Made by a program: the position numbers and the translations under genes
Notes under the pieces: generated by a model
Database searches by the model: none
Seen by the model: the letters and a program-made list of their open reading frames with translations, nothing else
Told to the model about the DNA's origin: nothing
Shown here: positions 60,040-64,000 of the stretch, piece by piece
Layout of the letters: every line of letters starts with the position of its first letter
Position numbering within the stretch: position 1 is the first letter of the stretch
Assembly: GCA_001600695.1 (NCBI GenBank)
Contig: BCKQ01000003.1
Span: 291,849 to 355,848, forward strand
Source: Ascoidea asiatica JCM 7603
Taxonomy: Eukaryota > Fungi > Ascomycota
Direction: 5' to 3'
DNA: 64,000 bases

Positions 60040-61275
60040 TTGAATGATATGTATTTGAGCTAATGATTTCTTTTTTTTTTTATTTATTTGTTATTTGATT
60101 AAATGATTGATTTATCGATTGATTTATCGATTGAATTATCGATTGATTTATGGAATTAGATTAAGATTAATTAAAATGAGATAAATTGAATATTATTGAT
60201 TTAGATTATTAGATACGTAATGAAGGATATGATTTTATCATCTTTATTTCAATCAATGATTTAATTTATATGGAATTTTTATTGAATTGATATCTATATT
60301 TATAACTATTTATAATTAAGTATATTTAAGTATATTGTTTTTTTTTATATTTATGGATAATTCTTATTTTAATATATTTTAAATTTTATATTGAATCAAA
60401 GAATCCTAAATTTACATAATTAATAGTTTATTGAGTAAATATTAAAAGTTAATAAGAAGAATAACAAAAATAAAAAAATGAGATGGATGTTGTTGATGAT
60501 GATTGTTTGGTTGTTTATCGATGGACACATGCCCGGAAACAGAACGTCTGCGGCTTGTGTTTGCCTCAAAATGCCCTCGGTTTTTTACCAATCTGGGAAA
60601 TTTACCTTACATTTATCCTTAGCGAACACCGAGGTTGCTTGTTTATTAAAGCAATCTAGGCTTAATCAATCAGCGGGCCTGTTCGTGAACAAAAGAAAAA
60701 CGCCCAAATTCACCCGCAGCGGTGTCTTTGTGAATCAAGCCCCGATAAAAATTGGCAGCGGGAAAGTTGCTCGCCCGATGTGGCGGTGGCAGTGCTCTGT
60801 ATTTGAAGGTTGCTGAGGCTATGGTGTGGCTTGAAATATAGCTGCAAAAACACACTACAATCTGCATATTTATGCCATTCCAATGACATTTTCCTAAAAC
60901 CACAACAGTGGTTTTTATGTTTCCTTAGTAACCGTTTCTTGACCAGGGTAACAGTAAAGCAAAGGTTAACTCCGCTCTGATAAATGACTGCTTTACTTTT
61001 ATTACTGCATTTGGACTTGATGATTAATTATCTAATTAACTATCGGAAGGCTCCTCAGCTCGAGCTTTCACGCTTTCTGCTTAGTTAGTGAGATCTTGTT
61101 CTGACTGCAATTACAAATAAATATCTTGACTTACTTCTTTTTGTTAATCAATATAATCATTTTTCTATTTAAACTATCAGTATCTTATTCATAAATCAAA
61201 TTGTATAATTATTTGTTAAATCATTGATAAATCATTAATAAATAATCAATAAATTGCTGCTTAATTAATATCATA

Positions 61276-61605
61276 ATGCCTTTAACACCGATAACTACAT
61301 TACCTTCAAAAAAACAAATATTACATTTATATCATAACTTTATAAAAAGTTCAAATAATTTCAGTAATTATAATTTTAGAGAATATTTTTTAAGAAAATC
61401 AAAATATGAATTCAATTTAAATAAAAATTTAGATAGATCAAATGAAAATGATAAAATTAAAATCATAAATTCTTTTAATAATGGTTTAAAACAATTTGAA
61501 ATTTTAAATAGACAATCAAAGATAAGTTCAATGTACCAATTCGAGAAAACTGTTGTTGAAACAAATCATCATAAGGATCATGATTACTCAATTCATAAAG
61601 ACTAA
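61276..61605 (+). CDS. ISD11: LYR-motif Fe-S assembly factor Isd11
   Basis: LHLYHNFIKSSNNFSNYNFREYFLRK...LNRQSKISSMY.FEKTVVE. Confidence 0.93.
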   Translation: MPLTPITTLPSKKQILHLYHNFIKSSNNFSNYNFREYFLRKSKYEFNLNKNLDRSNENDKIKIINSFNNGLKQFEILNRQSKISSMYQFEKTVVETNHHKDHDYSIHKD

Positions 61606-62014
61606 ACTTGTTTTCTATTCATCTTATGTTCTCTTCTTACCTTTTCTTATTTAACTCTCTGTAAATAAACACTTTATTCATTTATCATCTCATTTTATCA
61701 TTTTATCAGTGATAATTCGATTCTTTCTCATTTCTTCAAAGAGATTATTTTTTTAAAAGTTTTTAGTCACGTGAATATTACTCCATGAGACCATCTTTAA
61801 GGGTCTCTTTTTCTAATGGACACAATTTCCAAATTCTTCTTTTGCACTGTTTTTAAACCTTTTTTTAAAGCATTTTTCTGAATCGAGAAACAATAAAAAC
61901 AACAAATATAATAACGAATAAAGATAAATTAATAGAAGTAAGTATAAACAGACAATTCATAATCATTAAACAAAAGTCCCATTCTATATTTCAATCATTG
62001 ATAAATAATTGAAA

Positions 62015-62426
62015 ATGGTTAATCATCATAAATATAATAACTACAAATCTCAAGATTCAAATTCAAATTCAAATTCAAATTCAAATACAATAGTTCAGAT
62101 TATAATATCTTCTTTAATAAATTTAATATTAATTCTTTTCTCGAATTTTTTTTCAATTTCAAATAATTTAATACAAATTTTAAATTCAAATTATCCAAAT
62201 GTTTTACAAAATATAATTTTAATTTTCTCAATTTATCTAATTTATAAGATTTTTAAAAAATTATTTTTCTTAAATTTCAATATAATTAAAAATTTTATAA
62301 TAAGTATTATTAAATTTATGATTTTTTTAAATTTTATAATAATTATAATTTGGATATATTTAAGAGGTAATTTAGTAAATTTTTTAAATGATTTAATTAA
62401 TATTTTCAAATTTTTTAATAATTTAT

Positions 62427-62468
<42 letters not shown>

Positions 62469-62806
62469 CCAATAATAATAAGGAACCTCCTACTTCTTCA
62501 TATAATTATATCTATTCAAATAATAAATATGATCCTTATGTGGATGATAATTCAAATATAAATAATAAAAACAATAATAATAATGATATGATTTATCAAT
62601 ATTTAATAAATTTATTCAATTCAATTGATTTCTCAAGTTTAAATATAAATTTAGATTATAATACTTTAAATCAATTATATTTAAAAGTTAATCCAATATT
62701 AAATTTTTTAAAAAATAATTTAAATATAGATTTAAATAATGATATTTTAAATAATTTCTTAATCAATTTCAATAGTCTATTGAATAATTTATTTAATTCT
62801 CGTTAA
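62015..62806 (+). CDS. APQ12: Apq12-like nuclear envelope/ER membrane protein
   Basis: YPNVLQNIILIFSIYLIYKI...IIIWIYLRG: TM-amphipathic-TM unit ending YLRG; first ATG at 62015. Confidence 0.6.
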
Positions 62807-63535
62807 TTATATATATAAATATAAATATAAATATAAATATGAATATAAATATGAATATATCGTTAAATTGAAATGTTTTTATAAAAGTAAAGTCAAATAG
62901 GAATAATAAAAAAAAAATAAAAATGTAAAAAAAAATAAAATTCAAGGAACCTTAGTTTATTGATAATCTAAATAAATAAGTAAAATAAGTAAATAAATGT
63001 AAAAATAGTCAGAAAATAGTTAAAAAAAAATTAAAAAAAGATTAAATTATATTAAATCAAAATTAACGAGAGAAAAATTAAAAATGAATTAAAATCTTTA
63101 ATAAAATAAGAATAAAAAAAATGAATTGAAATAAAAAAAGTATAAAAGTAAAAGTAAAAGTAATAACTTAAAAACGAAAAAACAAATAAACAAATAAACG
63201 ACCGATGTAAACTTAGATAAACATAAATAAATTTAAATAAACTGAAATATTGTAAGAATAATATACTGAGTGACTGTAATTTTAAACTGTTAATGAAGTT
63301 TTTTTTGAAAAAAATTTTAATTTAAATATTCAAATTTGAATTTGAAAATAAAGCAATGTAAAAATTAAATGAAATTTTTAAAATTTTAACAAAAAACAAA
63401 ATTTAAATGGATGAAAATCAAAAGCAAACAACAGATAACAACAGATAACAACAGATAACAACAAAATAAAATAAAAAAAAGTAAGATAAGATAATAAAAA
63501 TTGGTAATAAAATAAAGTAAGATTATAAATTAAAC

Positions 63536-64000
63536 TTATAAACCATCAGGATTTGCAACTTTTAAAACTTTTGGAGCATTATTATAAGAATCATCAGGTG
63601 GTAAACTTCCTATAGAAATTCTACTACTTGAATGATCACTTACACTTAAATTATTTTGATTAACAGGAAAAGCAATATTTGATCTTGGATCTAAAGGTGA
63701 AAAACTATCAGAAAATGGATTTGAATTTGCTCTATTATGATTTGTTGATAATCTATTATTATGACTTAAATTATTTATATCTGAAGATGGACCCATTACA
63801 CCAATTATACTATTATTACTTGTTAAATTATTATTATTATTATTATTATTATTATTTAAATTATTCAAATTATTTGAATTATTCATATTTATATTACTCA
63901 AATTATTTAAACTTATATCATTACCCATATTATTATTATTATTATTATTCATATTCATATTATTATCATTGATTATATTATTATTACCTAAATTATCATT
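63536..64000 (-). CDS. 3' part of a WSC-family cell-wall stress sensor (cytoplasmic tail); 5' end outside the window
   Basis: Frame is open to the window edge; LDPR...SL.PDDSY...KVLKVANPD C-terminal signature. Confidence 0.65.
   Translation of the reverse strand, partial: NDNLGNNNIINDNNMNMNNNNNNNMGNDISLNNLSNINMNNSNNLNNLNNNNNNNNNNLTSNNSIIGVMGPSSDINNLSHNNRLSTNHNRANSNPFSDSFSPLDPRSNIAFPVNQNNLSVSDHSSSRISIGSLPPDDSYNNAPKVLKVANPDGL

Noticed and set aside
60478-60903. 112-aa and 77-aa ORFs in the GC island
   Set aside because: Codon usage unlike real genes in this window; no recognisable motif.
446-63972. Many 60-130 aa ORFs overlapping or antisense to real genes
   Set aside because: Shadow frames of AT-rich coding sequence, often with non-ATG starts.

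Overview
Eukaryotic, extremely AT-rich budding-yeast (Saccharomycotina) chromosome segment from a lineage that retains respiratory complex I. The species cannot be fixed from the sequence. It holds about 26 protein genes, mostly recognisable housekeeping orthologues: MET32-like, a Pcl-type cyclin, a small HSP, KRE9, COX20, RAD1, CAP1, RTN1, OCA4, FUN14, PRE7, ERD2, SPO7, QRI7, PRE8, MIP1, RPO31, a YTA6/SAP1-type ATPase, ISD11, APQ12 and a partial WSC-family sensor. There are also three tRNA genes (Asp, Asp, Gly). Five genes are split by GTATGT...AG introns and are missed or truncated by the ORF track: a mitochondrially targeted stand-alone tRNA-binding OB-fold protein, two complex I subunits (NUUM-like and NDUFA2/B8), OCA4 and PRE8. 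No mobile element, CRISPR array or rRNA was seen. The most unusual content is two unrecognised Cys/His micro-proteins (53 aa at 6198-6359, absent from the ORF track; 78 aa at 33874-34110). Both share a W-I-C...C...CxxC-x-H...CxxC layout, and each sits alone in one of the two largest otherwise gene-free intervals of the window. All homology calls are from remembered family motifs, not database searches.
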